Shown here piece after piece: positions 17,463 through 26,981 of a stretch of 38,395 nucleotides of DNA. The DNA comes from Candidatus Kerfeldbacteria bacterium CG_4_10_14_0_8_um_filter_42_10 (GTDB lineage Bacteria; Patescibacteriota; Patescibacteriia; UM-FILTER-42-10), in contig PFMD01000028.1 in the NCBI GenBank assembly GCA_002784945.1, positions 1-38,395 on the forward strand. Direction: 5' to 3'. Position 1 is the stretch's first letter; every line of letters begins with the position of its first letter. The position numbers and the translations under genes were made by a program. The notes beneath the pieces are model-generated. The model saw only the letters and a program-made list of their open reading frames with translations, had not been told where the DNA came from and searched no databases.

Positions 17463-17609
17463 TTGTTAATACTATTAAATGCGGTGAATTATGTCAATAG
17501 TAGATGATTTTATATCCCTAATATTTTGACATTATTCGTAAAAGGTATAAATTGGAATAATCATCAATATCAGTTCGTTAACAAAAACCCATATAAATTG
17601 AGGTCTGCC

Positions 17610-18872
17610 ATGAAAATCACCGTCCTGCGATTGATTGCGGCAATACTACTTATTACCGCCACAAGCTCCTGTAATAAAAACCCTGAAAATCCAATTGACG
17701 AACCGGTTATTCCCGGCTTCGGCAATTTGGTAATTCAAAGCCAACCTCTAGGAGCGCAAATCTGGATAACGGACTGGCTGAGCGACAGCCTGGCCGGAAT
17801 CACACCCGACACTCTGTTCAACCTGGCCAGCGGCGCCTGCGACCTTAGGCTGACCATGCCCGGCTATCTGCCCATTGATTTTACAGCGGTGGTTGTCGGC
17901 GATGACACCACCTTGGTAAACATTTCCATGGAAAACGCCCCTCCCTACAAAATCTTCTACATTAAGGGCGATTCTATGTTTACCATGGCCATGGACAGTC
18001 TTTACCCCGTGGTATTCGATACCGGCGGCTATACCAGCTCTTGGGCTTTAACCACCCAAATCTACAGTTCACCGGACAACAGCATGCTTGCTTACAGCAA
18101 CCAGGGCGGCATCGGAATGGTAATCAGGAATGTTAGCGGAAGTCTTGTTTCCTCGTTTCAGTACGGTTCGCGGGCCAATTCGTTCAATTGGTCGCACGAA
18201 GGAAACAAAGTCGTCAATGGCGTTTACTATGATGGCCTCTACGTTTATGACCTGGCAACAAACCAATCAACCAAAATTTACGACACTCCTGGTCAAACCT
18301 ACGACCATTGCCCGTCCTACTCGCCCGATGATAGCAAAATCGCCTTTGTCAACCATTCTTACGGTGGCTATAACAGCTGGGTGAGAATGATTAACTCGAA
18401 CGGAAGCAATGCGCAATCGTTAATCTGGCATTCCGTTACCGGTCAAACGATTTACGATGAAGAGCTGGACATTACCTGGGTTGCGGCTAATAAAGTACTG
18501 TACAAAATTTACTACCTCGGAATTTTCCAGGTAACCATCAATCCGGGTGACACAACCGAGCAACCGGTCGGACCTGAATACGCCATGTACTTGCGCGTTT
18601 CTCCCGATCAGCAGCACTATGCCTTTTACCGATCCTACCAGACAACGGAATGGGGTCTGTATCTTGGCGACATCCAAAATTGGCAGGCAACGCTTTTGGT
18701 CCAACGGCCAGTCAAAGGCATCGCCTGGTCTCCGAATAGTGATGCCATTGCCTTTACCAATGACGATGGCATTTGGTGGTGCAAGCTGGACGGCACGCTT
18801 TACCACTTGGTCAAATGGCCACTTCCCCACCCCTATTATTTTGGTTCGTTCAGCATTTGCGTTGTACCTTAA
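17610..18872 (+). CDS. lipoprotein with PEGA domain and TolB/PD40-like beta-propeller
   Basis: GAGGT SD; signal peptide ending TSSC; GNLVIQSQPLGAQIW..G.TP PEGA pattern; repeated SPD/WSP motifs. Confidence 0.8.
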   Translation: MKITVLRLIAAILLITATSSCNKNPENPIDEPVIPGFGNLVIQSQPLGAQIWITDWLSDSLAGITPDTLFNLASGACDLRLTMPGYLPIDFTAVVVGDDTTLVNISMENAPPYKIFYIKGDSMFTMAMDSLYPVVFDTGGYTSSWALTTQIYSSPDNSMLAYSNQGGIGMVIRNVSGSLVSSFQYGSRANSFNWSHEGNKVVNGVYYDGLYVYDLATNQSTKIYDTPGQTYDHCPSYSPDDSKIAFVNHSYGGYNSWVRMINSNGSNAQSLIWHSVTGQTIYDEELDITWVAANKVLYKIYYLGIFQVTINPGDTTEQPVGPEYAMYLRVSPDQQHYAFYRSYQTTEWGLYLGDIQNWQATLLVQRPVKGIAWSPNSDAIAFTNDDGIWWCKLDGTLYHLVKWPLPHPYYFGSFSICVVP

Positions 18873-18896
18873 ATCACAAATCACAAAATGCTATAC

Positions 18897-18922
18897 CCGG
18901 GAATCCCCTTTCCCGGTTTTTT
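18897..18922 (+). terminator. intrinsic terminator
   Basis: CCGGGAA...TTCCCGG followed by T tract. Confidence 0.7.
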
Positions 18923-18977
18923 TATCTATAAGAAACTATGATGACTGGTTGTAAATCCACAGCAAATTGCCATTTTA

Positions 18978-19077
18978 TCCCCACACCCTTCCGAATACCC
19001 TGTCCCGTTAAGCGGGAACGAAAGGATCATATTAAGCCTTTCCTTTGGAACTAATACCCCACCAGAAGGTGTGGGGA
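18978..19077. mobile_element. 100-bp MITE-like element at the typA stop codon
   Basis: TIRs TCCCCACACC / GGTGTGGGGA; TTTA on both flanks (18974-18977 and 19078-19081). Confidence 0.65.
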
Positions 19078-19078
19078 T

Positions 19079-20872
19079 TTATTCATCCTGGCGTTTGTGC
19101 CGGGTTCTTTCGAGAGCGGATAAATATTTTTTGCACAACCTAATGCTCTTGGGCGTAACTTCTAGATATTCATCATCATGTATAATGCTTAAAGCGCTTT
19201 CTAGGGTCAGCTCTACGGGAGCGGTCAGCCTAATGGCATCATCGGAACCAGAAGCTCGCATATTGGTTAAGTTCTTACCTTTGATCGGATTCACCACTAA
19301 ATCATTGCCTTTGGCCACATTACCAATAACCATGCCTTCGTAAACCGCGACGTTGGCTCCCAGATAAAGCGTGCCCCTCTCTTCCAGATTAGCCAGGGAA
19401 TAAGCGGAGGTCTTGCCGTTAAAGCCGGAAACCATGGAACCTAATTCGCTTTTTTCTATGGCGCCGGCATAGGGTTTAAAACCTAAAACATGCGTGCATA
19501 AAATGCCCTCGCCCCGGGTATCCACCACGAATTCATTGCGGTAGCCTAAAAGACCTCTGGTGGGAATTTCAAAAATCAAGCGGGTCGTACCCTGGTGGGC
19601 TTTGATGCTTAAAAGCTGGCCGCGGCGTTTGGATATTTTTTCAATAACCACGCCGGAATTTTTTTCCGGCACATCAATGGTTAATTCTTCAAAAGGTTCC
19701 AGCTTAACGCCGTTTTCTTCTTTGATGATTACTTGGGGCTGGGAAACTTGCAGTTCATAGCCTTCGCGCCTGATATTTTCCAGTAAAATGGCGATATGCA
19801 ATTCGCCCCGGCCACAGACTTTATAATAGGCCGTTTCGGAAAAATCGATTTTCAAGCCGACATTGACCTCTAATTCCTTGCGCAGGCGCTCCTTAAGCTG
19901 GCTATTGGTCACGAATTTGCCTTCTTTTCCGGCAAAAGGAGAATTGTTCACCAAAAAATTCAAAGAGATGGTCGGTTCATCAATGCTAATGGCCGGCAGC
20001 GGAGCTTGGCTTTCGTTCTCGGCAATGGTTTCGCCAATATCAATATCGGGCATGCCCGCAATCATCACAATGTCTCCGGCCGAAACTTCGGATACTTCCT
20101 TGCGCTCTAATCCATGAAAAGTGAATAGCTTGGTGATTTTACCCCGGCGCGGCTCAAGGCCTTTAGAACTGAGCACTCGGACTTCTTGAGCGGATTTGAC
20201 CTTTCCGGAATAAACGCGGCAAATGGCCAAACGCCCTAAAAAATTATCATAAGCCAAATTAAAAGGCTGGGCGGCAAACAATTCGGAGGCTGACTCCTCG
20301 GGCACGGCCGGCACATGTTTCAAAATAAGATCCAAAAGCGGATTTAAATCGGCCGATTCGTCTTCCAGATTCATTTTAGCCAGACCTAATTTGGAAGCGG
20401 CGTAAATTACCGGAAAATCCAATTGCTCGTCGCTGGCTCCCAAATCCAAAAATAATTCGTAAACCATTTCCGCCACTTCTTCAGGGCGTGCCGCCGGCTT
20501 GTCAATTTTATTGATTACCGCAATCGGTTTCAAGCCCAGTTCCAGCGACTTCTTTAAAACAAACTTGGTCTGGGGCATAGGGCCTTCTTGGGCATCCACC
20601 AAAAGTAAAACGCAGTCAATGGAACGCAAAATGCGCTCCACTTCGGAACTGAAATCGGCATGGCCGGGAGTATCCACGATATTAATCTTGGTGCCATTAT
20701 AAAACACTGAGGTGTTTTTCGAATAAATCGTAATGCCCCTTTCCTTTTCCAGGGTGTTGCTGTCCATGGTAACAGTACCGTCAGTCATGCCGGTCTGTTT
20801 CATTAAAGCGTCCGTTAAAGTTGTTTTGCCATGATCGACATGCGCGATAATGGCGATATTTCTTATTTCCAT
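19079..20872 (-). CDS. typA: translational GTPase TypA/BipA
   Basis: IRNIAIIAHVDHGKTTL, ERGITI, DTPGHADF, NKID, GRGELH, KNLTNMRASGSD. Confidence 0.97.
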   Translation of the reverse strand: MEIRNIAIIAHVDHGKTTLTDALMKQTGMTDGTVTMDSNTLEKERGITIYSKNTSVFYNGTKINIVDTPGHADFSSEVERILRSIDCVLLLVDAQEGPMPQTKFVLKKSLELGLKPIAVINKIDKPAARPEEVAEMVYELFLDLGASDEQLDFPVIYAASKLGLAKMNLEDESADLNPLLDLILKHVPAVPEESASELFAAQPFNLAYDNFLGRLAICRVYSGKVKSAQEVRVLSSKGLEPRRGKITKLFTFHGLERKEVSEVSAGDIVMIAGMPDIDIGETIAENESQAPLPAISIDEPTISLNFLVNNSPFAGKEGKFVTNSQLKERLRKELEVNVGLKIDFSETAYYKVCGRGELHIAILLENIRREGYELQVSQPQVIIKEENGVKLEPFEELTIDVPEKNSGVVIEKISKRRGQLLSIKAHQGTTRLIFEIPTRGLLGYRNEFVVDTRGEGILCTHVLGFKPYAGAIEKSELGSMVSGFNGKTSAYSLANLEERGTLYLGANVAVYEGMVIGNVAKGNDLVVNPIKGKNLTNMRASGSDDAIRLTAPVELTLESALSIIHDDEYLEVTPKSIRLCKKYLSALERTRHKRQDE

Positions 20873-20976
20873 AATTATTCGCTATTTAAAAAAATTACCG
20901 TCTCTTGTAATTTTTCAAACAAGTATGATACATCATTATAATTTAATTTTTATTTTTAATCAAGTATTGATGGTAT

Positions 20977-21015
20977 AAAAAAAGCCCGATGGTATCGATA
21001 CATCAACCAGCGGGC
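20977..21015 (-). terminator. terminator of pepT
   Basis: GCCCG.TGGT...ACCA.CGGGC stem with a 7-nt U tract on the minus strand. Confidence 0.55.
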
Positions 21016-21067
21016 GGGTAATCCAGATAAATTTGAAAGACTCTTTTTGTAAGGAGCATGCTGATGT

Positions 21068-22315
21068 TCAGCGCGTCATTTGCGCGTAGCTGGTGATCGC
21101 GTCGAGAAGGACAGTTACGGTCGTTTCCATCTCCTCCTGGATCAGGTGCTCGTGCACGCCGTGTATGCGTCGGCTGCCGTAACCCAGGTTCGGCGATGGA
21201 ATATCCGAATAAGCCATGCCGAACATGGCGCCGTCGGTTCCGGCGCGGACGCGGTGTTCCCGGGGAGTGAGCCCGTTTTTCCGAAGAGCGTTGAAAATCG
21301 GGTCGAGCATTTCCGGGTGGGCCTTGATGGCCGGTTCGATGTTGATGTACTGCACCTCCGGCTCCCCTACCGTGAACGCGACGTCGTAACGTTCGGCCGC
21401 GATCTTGGCCAGGCGGGCCACCGTACCGTGAAGCAACGAAATTTCATCCCGCTCGAAGGTGCGCGGGATCACCGTAATCTGGGCCAGGGCAGCCGTGAAA
21501 GGACGAGTCGCGGGAACGTAGAGGAACGACTGGGCGCCGCTGCTCTGAGTGGGCATGACTTCGTTACCCAGCCTGTCCACAAAGCAACTACCCGCGTAAT
21601 GGGCGCAACGCAGATGCCCGCCGTCTTCCCCGGGATGGGCATCGACGCCTTTGAATTCAACATCCACACTCACACCGATGAAACACGCGGTGTCCACGGC
21701 TTCCGGTTCCTTGCCGTCCACGGTCAGGAAGAGCTTCCACTGGTCAACCACTTCCTTGGGCAGGAATTTGACGCCGACTTCGCCGATTTCTTCGTCCACG
21801 CAGACCCAAACCCAGATGGGGCCGTGCGCCATGCCGCTAATGAGCATCTCCTCAATGGCGGTGACGGTCGCGGCCGCGCCACCTTTGTCATCCGCGCCCA
21901 AAAGCGTCGTGCCATCCGAAGTAATGATGTGCTTGCCTTCCAGACCAACGAGTTCACTGGCCGGAATAATCACGCCGTTGTTGGGCAGAACGATGTCTCC
22001 GCCCTGGTAGTGGTGAACGATGGGCTTGGCCAGTCCTTCGCAGCCGAAATAGGTATCGACATGAAAAACCAGCGCAATTCCCGGCGTATTCTCGAAACCC
22101 GGCGTGGCCGGAATCTCGATCAGCTTGGACCCGTCGCCGAGACGGACCATCTGCGTTTCCAGAATGCCCATCTGGATGAATTCCCCGGCGATTTTTTCCA
22201 CCAGCACGAGTTCATTGGGATTACTCGGGTGAGGCGGATCAACGCCGGGCGTGGGTTGCACCGATCTGGTGTCCATCTGGACGTACTCCAGAAATCGGTC
22301 GTTTACACTTCTCAT
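21068..22315 (-). CDS. pepT: peptidase T-like M20B metallopeptidase
   Basis: RFLEYVQMDTRS, HVDT, SDGTTLLGADDKGG, DEEIG, RAGTDG, IHG; visibly higher GC than its neighbours. Confidence 0.85.
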   Translation of the reverse strand: MRSVNDRFLEYVQMDTRSVQPTPGVDPPHPSNPNELVLVEKIAGEFIQMGILETQMVRLGDGSKLIEIPATPGFENTPGIALVFHVDTYFGCEGLAKPIVHHYQGGDIVLPNNGVIIPASELVGLEGKHIITSDGTTLLGADDKGGAAATVTAIEEMLISGMAHGPIWVWVCVDEEIGEVGVKFLPKEVVDQWKLFLTVDGKEPEAVDTACFIGVSVDVEFKGVDAHPGEDGGHLRCAHYAGSCFVDRLGNEVMPTQSSGAQSFLYVPATRPFTAALAQITVIPRTFERDEISLLHGTVARLAKIAAERYDVAFTVGEPEVQYINIEPAIKAHPEMLDPIFNALRKNGLTPREHRVRAGTDGAMFGMAYSDIPSPNLGYGSRRIHGVHEHLIQEEMETTVTVLLDAITSYAQMTR

Positions 22316-22427
22316 CTGGACAACTCCAATGGTATGAACATCCTTGAGCTTCTTTATCTCAAGGTTTGTGGCCTTATCTAAACATAATGATGAAAAACGG
22401 TCAATATTATTTAGAAACAGTTTACCA

Positions 22428-22457
22428 TTGACAATAAATCATTTTTTCGACTATACT
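22428..22457 (+). promoter_or_regulatory. sigma70-type promoter of the DEAD-box gene
   Basis: TTGACA-18-TATACT. Confidence 0.65.
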
Positions 22458-22497
22458 TGATGCTTATTAATAACGGATAACCAATCCAACCAATCAC

Positions 22498-23784
22498 ATG
22501 ACTTTATTAACCAACGAAAACCAGAGTTTTGACGGCCTAGGGATAGCGCCGAAAATTTTGGAAATACTGGATAACCTAAAATTCATCACCCCGACCCCCA
22601 TCCAGCGCCAATCCATTCCGGCGGCCTGCGAAGGCAAAGATATTATGGGCGTAGCCCAGACCGGCACCGGCAAGACGCTGGCCTTTGGCATTCCCATGAT
22701 TCAGCGGCTGGCTCAAATGAAGGGCTCAAAAGGACTGGTTATTCTACCCACTCGTGAACTGGCCATTCAGGTTAATGAGAGCTTACTGCAAATCGGCAAA
22801 AGCATCGGATTAAAAACCGCCATTCTAATCGGCGGCGAATCACCCAACCGGCAATTGCAGGCCTTAAGAAAAAACCCTCACGTTATTATTGCCACTCCCG
22901 GTCGGTTAAACGATCATCTGGAGCAAAAAAATATTAAGCTTGATCAGGTTAAAATTTTAGTGCTGGATGAAGCCGACCGCATGCTGGATATGGGTTTTGT
23001 TCCGCAGATTAACCGGATCGTCCAGCACGTGCCCCGCAACCGTCAAACCATGCTGTTCTCGGCCACCATGCCAAAGGAAATAATCAGTTTAGCCACCAGT
23101 TACATGAAGCTTCCGATTCGGGTAGAGGTGGCGCCTTCCGGCACGATTTCGCAAAAAGTCACCCAGGAACTATTTTTTGTCGGCAACAGCTCTAAATTGC
23201 CGCTGTTGGAAAAAGTTTTGAGCGAGTACCGCGGCAGCGTTTTAATCTTCAGCCGAACCAAATTTTCCGCCAAAAAAATCGCCCGCTCCCTAAGGAACGT
23301 CGGGCACAGCGCCACGGAAATTCATTCTAACCGCTCGCTTAACCAGCGGATCGAAGCCATGTCCGGCTTTAAGCTGGGCAAATACCGCATTATGGTCGCT
23401 ACGGATATTGCCTCGCGCGGCATTGATGTGGCGGGCATTGAACTGGTAATCAACTACGATTTGCCAAAAAATCCCGAAGATTACGTGCATCGCATCGGAA
23501 GGACCGCCCGCGCCGGCCACCAGGGACACGCCATCTCTTTTGCCACTCCGGACCAATCAAAAGACGTCCGAAACATTGAAAAACTGATTAAGACCCAGCT
23601 GTTAGTTTCGCCTTTGCCGAAACTGGCGGCAAAACAGGCTGCGCCAAACCAAGAAAGGCCTTTCCGGGAATTCCAGCCGTCGGCCAAACACAGACCTTCA
23701 CGCCGTTTTAATGACGGATACTCATCGCGAGAGGGTTCAAAAAAATTCTTCCAAAGAAAGCCGAGAAAATATAAAAGATTTTAA
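22498..23784 (+). CDS. DEAD-box RNA helicase (RhlE-like)
   Basis: Q motif, AQTGTGKT, PTRELA, TPGR, DEAD, SAT, HRIGRTAR; basic C-terminal tail. Confidence 0.96.
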   Translation: MTLLTNENQSFDGLGIAPKILEILDNLKFITPTPIQRQSIPAACEGKDIMGVAQTGTGKTLAFGIPMIQRLAQMKGSKGLVILPTRELAIQVNESLLQIGKSIGLKTAILIGGESPNRQLQALRKNPHVIIATPGRLNDHLEQKNIKLDQVKILVLDEADRMLDMGFVPQINRIVQHVPRNRQTMLFSATMPKEIISLATSYMKLPIRVEVAPSGTISQKVTQELFFVGNSSKLPLLEKVLSEYRGSVLIFSRTKFSAKKIARSLRNVGHSATEIHSNRSLNQRIEAMSGFKLGKYRIMVATDIASRGIDVAGIELVINYDLPKNPEDYVHRIGRTARAGHQGHAISFATPDQSKDVRNIEKLIKTQLLVSPLPKLAAKQAAPNQERPFREFQPSAKHRPSRRFNDGYSSREGSKKFFQRKPRKYKRF

Positions 23785-23806
23785 AAACCGGTAAAATCAA
23801 TCAGCC

Positions 23807-23833
23807 AAAAAACCGCCTTTCAGCGGTTTTTTT
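23807..23833. terminator. bidirectional intrinsic terminator
   Basis: AAAAAACCGC-CTTTCA-GCGGTTTTTTT between convergent genes. Confidence 0.8.
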
Positions 23834-23865
23834 AATAAATCGAAATCCTGTTTGAATCAGTCTCG

Positions 23866-24453
23866 CTATTTTTTCGCTTTTTTGGCCGACGTTTTTTTAA
23901 CCGAAGGTTTTTTAGCCGTTTTTCCGTTGGCGGCAGATTTACCCTTGGCGGATTTTTCTATTTTTTTAACCGCTTTTGGCGCAGCTTCTTTTGGCGCCGA
24001 CTTTTTTTCCGAAGCCGGGACCAGCACTTTTAGAATTTGATCTAGTTTGCTGTTCAGAATGTCGAACTGTTTACTGGACTGTTCGCCGCCACCGCCCCTA
24101 TTTTTTTTACCGCCTTTTTTTTCAAAACAATCATTGCAGTAAACCGGTTTTCCTGCAGTAGGTTTAAAAGGAACCTCACAGGCCTTGCCGCAGATGTCGC
24201 AGGTTGCGGCGAACATTCTTTTTTCTTCAAAGCTGGGCCTGCGGTAATCTTCCTTTCGACCCCTTTTATTTTCAAAACAGCTGCTGCAGTATACCGGTTT
24301 ATCCCCACTGGGTTTAAAAGGAACTTCGCATTCTTTGCCACATTCCGCGCAAGTTGCTTGGTACATCTGTCTGTCATTATCTCTGCCCCCAAAACCCCGC
24401 GTGTTAAAACCTCCTCCTCTGCTTAATTTGCCACCTCGATTGAAATTTTTCAT
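23866..24453 (-). CDS. CxxC-x17-CxxC domain protein (two zinc ribbons, Lys-rich tail)
   Basis: ATCAECGKECEVPFKP...PVYCSSCF present twice; minus-strand promoter TTGATT-17-TACTAT upstream. Confidence 0.92.
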   Translation of the reverse strand: MKNFNRGGKLSRGGGFNTRGFGGRDNDRQMYQATCAECGKECEVPFKPSGDKPVYCSSCFENKRGRKEDYRRPSFEEKRMFAATCDICGKACEVPFKPTAGKPVYCNDCFEKKGGKKNRGGGGEQSSKQFDILNSKLDQILKVLVPASEKKSAPKEAAPKAVKKIEKSAKGKSAANGKTAKKPSVKKTSAKKAKK

Positions 24454-24759
24454 GGTTTATTATCGTTAGTAAATGAATTTTGACACTTGTATAGTACTTC
24501 TTCCTCGCTTAAAAATCAATTACTTTATGCTGGCGCTAGGAATGATTTGCACGGAGCGGGTAATGGGCTAAGGAATGAAATGTGGGGATCAGGGTTTCAA
24601 GACACACTCCTTTTTCCCATTCCGAAACGCACTGCGCACTCCCACTTTCCTTTTTGTAAATTCCAAACCCTGCTTCTTTAGACTTTCCTATTAGAAGAAT
24701 AAACCCTCCCCGAGGTGCTCTTTACTTGTTAAAAAATAATCCTGGATTTATTCCAGGTT

Positions 24760-24945
24760 TTACCATTCCGTATCCTTTTTCCGATTGGCTTTTTGGGCTG
24801 ATATTCTTGCTTTAAACATCTTATCACCGATCGAAGCCGAGTCTAATACTCCGATGGCGGCCATGATCGCCTCTTTTTCTTCTTGAGAAAAAGAATGCTT
24901 TTCCATTGCCTTCGATAAAATCTCGATGGCTCTTTTGTATTCCAT
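24760..24945 (-). CDS. small hypothetical protein
   Basis: 61-aa helical-looking ORF with host-like composition, downstream of the tRNA. Confidence 0.6.
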   Translation of the reverse strand: MEYKRAIEILSKAMEKHSFSQEEKEAIMAAIGVLDSASIGDKMFKARISAQKANRKKDTEW

Positions 24946-25035
24946 TTTTCGTCTGTTAAAAACGATGTACGATTAATAATCCGAGCAATGGCTTCAATCG
25001 CCGCCGCTTTCAAAAATTCGCGAGATATTACTGTA

Positions 25036-25109
25036 TGGCTGGGGAGGTAGGATTCGAACCTACGATCATGGAGCCAGAATCCATTGCCTTGCCGCTTGGC
25101 TACTCCCCA
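25036..25109 (-). tRNA. tRNA-Gln(CTG)
   Basis: 74-nt cloverleaf TGGGGAG...CTCCCCA-G-CCA; anticodon arm ATGGA-TTCTGGC-TCCAT; TTCGAAT loop; U1-A72 pair. Confidence 0.96.
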
Positions 25110-25167
25110 ATATCTAAACCTTACAATTACCAGTTTTAATTTTCAATTACTAATTACTAATTACCAG

Positions 25168-26763
25168 TTATTCAACCACTTCTCCCCCAAAAGCGTCAAG
25201 GGCATCTTTTAAGGAATCATCCGCTGGATTATCTTTGAGTTCTTTTATCTTAGGCGCGATTTTAGTTCTTAATTCTTCTTGTACGACACATTTAATTTTA
25301 AGCGGCGAACCGAACGTTTTCTCCAATGCCTCTTCGATAATGATTTTGTTCTTTCGCTCCCACACCAGGTCTAAATGAAACCGGTAACCGAACCCCAGAG
25401 TCAACACATCAGCCTCTAGACTTAGAATCTCGCTAACGCGCAAGGTTAAGGCTAAGGAATGGTTATATTTTCTTAATTCATTCAACAACTGATTCCATTT
25501 CTGCTTTATTTCAGAGAGTTTGATTACGGTCGCTGCTTTTTGAGCCGGTTTTTCCTTAACCGCAACGGGGCTTTTAAGAATTACTTTTGTTTTAATTTCC
25601 GGTTTTTTTGAGTTACTGATTTTAGGGGGTGGCGTCGGCTTAGCCAAAGAAGGCGGGGTTTCCGGAGATTCGATTATTTCTAAAACGGCTATTTCTAAAG
25701 GTAACTGAATGATTTCGGAATTGGTTTTTAAAAGCGGCTCTTTGCTTAAAAAAACGTTAATCCATTTCAAAAGCTGATTGGCGCTGGTCTTTTCCACAAT
25801 TTTATTCAACCTTTTCACCTGCTCCGAATCAAGCTCAATAGAAGAAAACTCCTCCAAAAGCGGGGAAACTTTCAGCAAAATCGCTTTTCTCAATATCTCA
25901 ATCACATTTTTAGTAAAATGCTTTATGCTAATCCCTTCTTCTACTAAACGATTGAGTAAACTTAAGGCTTGGGCCGCGTCATTGATAAACAGGTATTCTA
26001 ACAGCTCAATGACCAGCTTGGCATCAGAATGAGGAATAACCAGTTCGGCCAGATCAAAAGTGATTTCCTTTTCCCCTAAGGAAAAAATCTGGCCCAGCAT
26101 GCTCTCGGCGTCACGGACGCTTCCCTCAGATGATAAAGCAATTGCTTCCAGCACTTTTTCATCCACTTTAACTTTTTCCGCCTGGGCGATTCGGGAAAGG
26201 CGATCGATAATATCTTTCACTCCTACCTTTTGGAAATCAAAGCGCTGGCAGCGGGAAATAATGGTAGAAGGAACTTTATGCAGTTCGGTGGTGGCTAAAA
26301 TAAATACTACGTTTTCCGGCGGCTCTTCTATAGTTTTAAGCAGGGCGTTAAACGCCGAGAGGGAAAGCATGTGTACTTCATCAATAATGAACACTTTGTA
26401 TTTGCTGGAAACCGGCACCACGCGGGAATTATTAATAATGTTTTCCCGCACATTGTCTACGCCGGTATGCGAGGCGGCATCAATTTCAATCAGGTCCAAC
26501 GAGCGACCATTGTTTATTTCGGTACAAGAAGGGCACTGGTTACAAGGCTCTGCTTTTCCGGAGGCGCGTTTTTGACAATTCAACGCTTTGGCCACAAGGC
26601 GGGCTATAGTGGTTTTGCCAATGCCGCGCGGGCCGCTGAATAAATAAGCATGGGCAATCCGGCCGCTTTCCAGTTCATTGGTCAGCGTTATTTTAATGTG
26701 ATTTTGATCGACTATCTCACTAAAGGATTTCGGCCGATATTTTCGATAAAGTGTTGAGGGCAT
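25168..26763 (-). CDS. dnaX: DNA polymerase III subunit gamma/tau
   Basis: LYRKYRP, GPRGIGKT, Zn cysteines, EIDAAS, IDEVHML, SRCQ. Confidence 0.97.
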   Translation of the reverse strand: MPSTLYRKYRPKSFSEIVDQNHIKITLTNELESGRIAHAYLFSGPRGIGKTTIARLVAKALNCQKRASGKAEPCNQCPSCTEINNGRSLDLIEIDAASHTGVDNVRENIINNSRVVPVSSKYKVFIIDEVHMLSLSAFNALLKTIEEPPENVVFILATTELHKVPSTIISRCQRFDFQKVGVKDIIDRLSRIAQAEKVKVDEKVLEAIALSSEGSVRDAESMLGQIFSLGEKEITFDLAELVIPHSDAKLVIELLEYLFINDAAQALSLLNRLVEEGISIKHFTKNVIEILRKAILLKVSPLLEEFSSIELDSEQVKRLNKIVEKTSANQLLKWINVFLSKEPLLKTNSEIIQLPLEIAVLEIIESPETPPSLAKPTPPPKISNSKKPEIKTKVILKSPVAVKEKPAQKAATVIKLSEIKQKWNQLLNELRKYNHSLALTLRVSEILSLEADVLTLGFGYRFHLDLVWERKNKIIIEEALEKTFGSPLKIKCVVQEELRTKIAPKIKELKDNPADDSLKDALDAFGGEVVE

Positions 26764-26872
26764 ATTTTTGGTTAGTAAACTAATCCTAGTTTAGCCTTTA
26801 TTTGAATCTTCTGCAATCCTGATTTAGCGTAATAAAAAAACCCGGTTAAGGATTATTTGCCTAATTAATTAG

Positions 26873-26969
26873 AAATTGTTTTATTGTTATATTGTTAAAT
26901 TGTTGGAAAATACCAGTAAAAAACAATAAAACAATTTAAAACCTAATAAGCTAAAAAGCTACAAGCTAA
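26873..26969. repeat. inverted octamer array plus TAGCT array
   Basis: (NNATTGTT)n...(AACAATNN)n then CTAATAAGCTAAAAAGCTACAAGCTAA. Confidence 0.75.
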
Positions 26970-26981
26970 TCTCCTAACTTC

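Noticed and set aside
17526-17609. ORF-track N-terminal extensions at 17526, 33042, 7093 and 33582
   Set aside because: They start at TTG/GTG inside promoter -35 boxes or inside the inserted element; downstream ATGs fit the SD, promoter or signal-peptide context better.
21080-22381. 433-aa plus-strand ORF
   Set aside because: Antisense shadow of GC-rich pepT with no motifs.
24760-25109. tRNA-Gln as the integration site of an island
   Set aside because: No integrase and no duplicated tRNA 3' end seen in the window.
26764-26980. SRP RNA upstream of dnaX, as in Firmicutes
   Set aside because: The spacer is AT-rich repeat sequence with no SRP motif.
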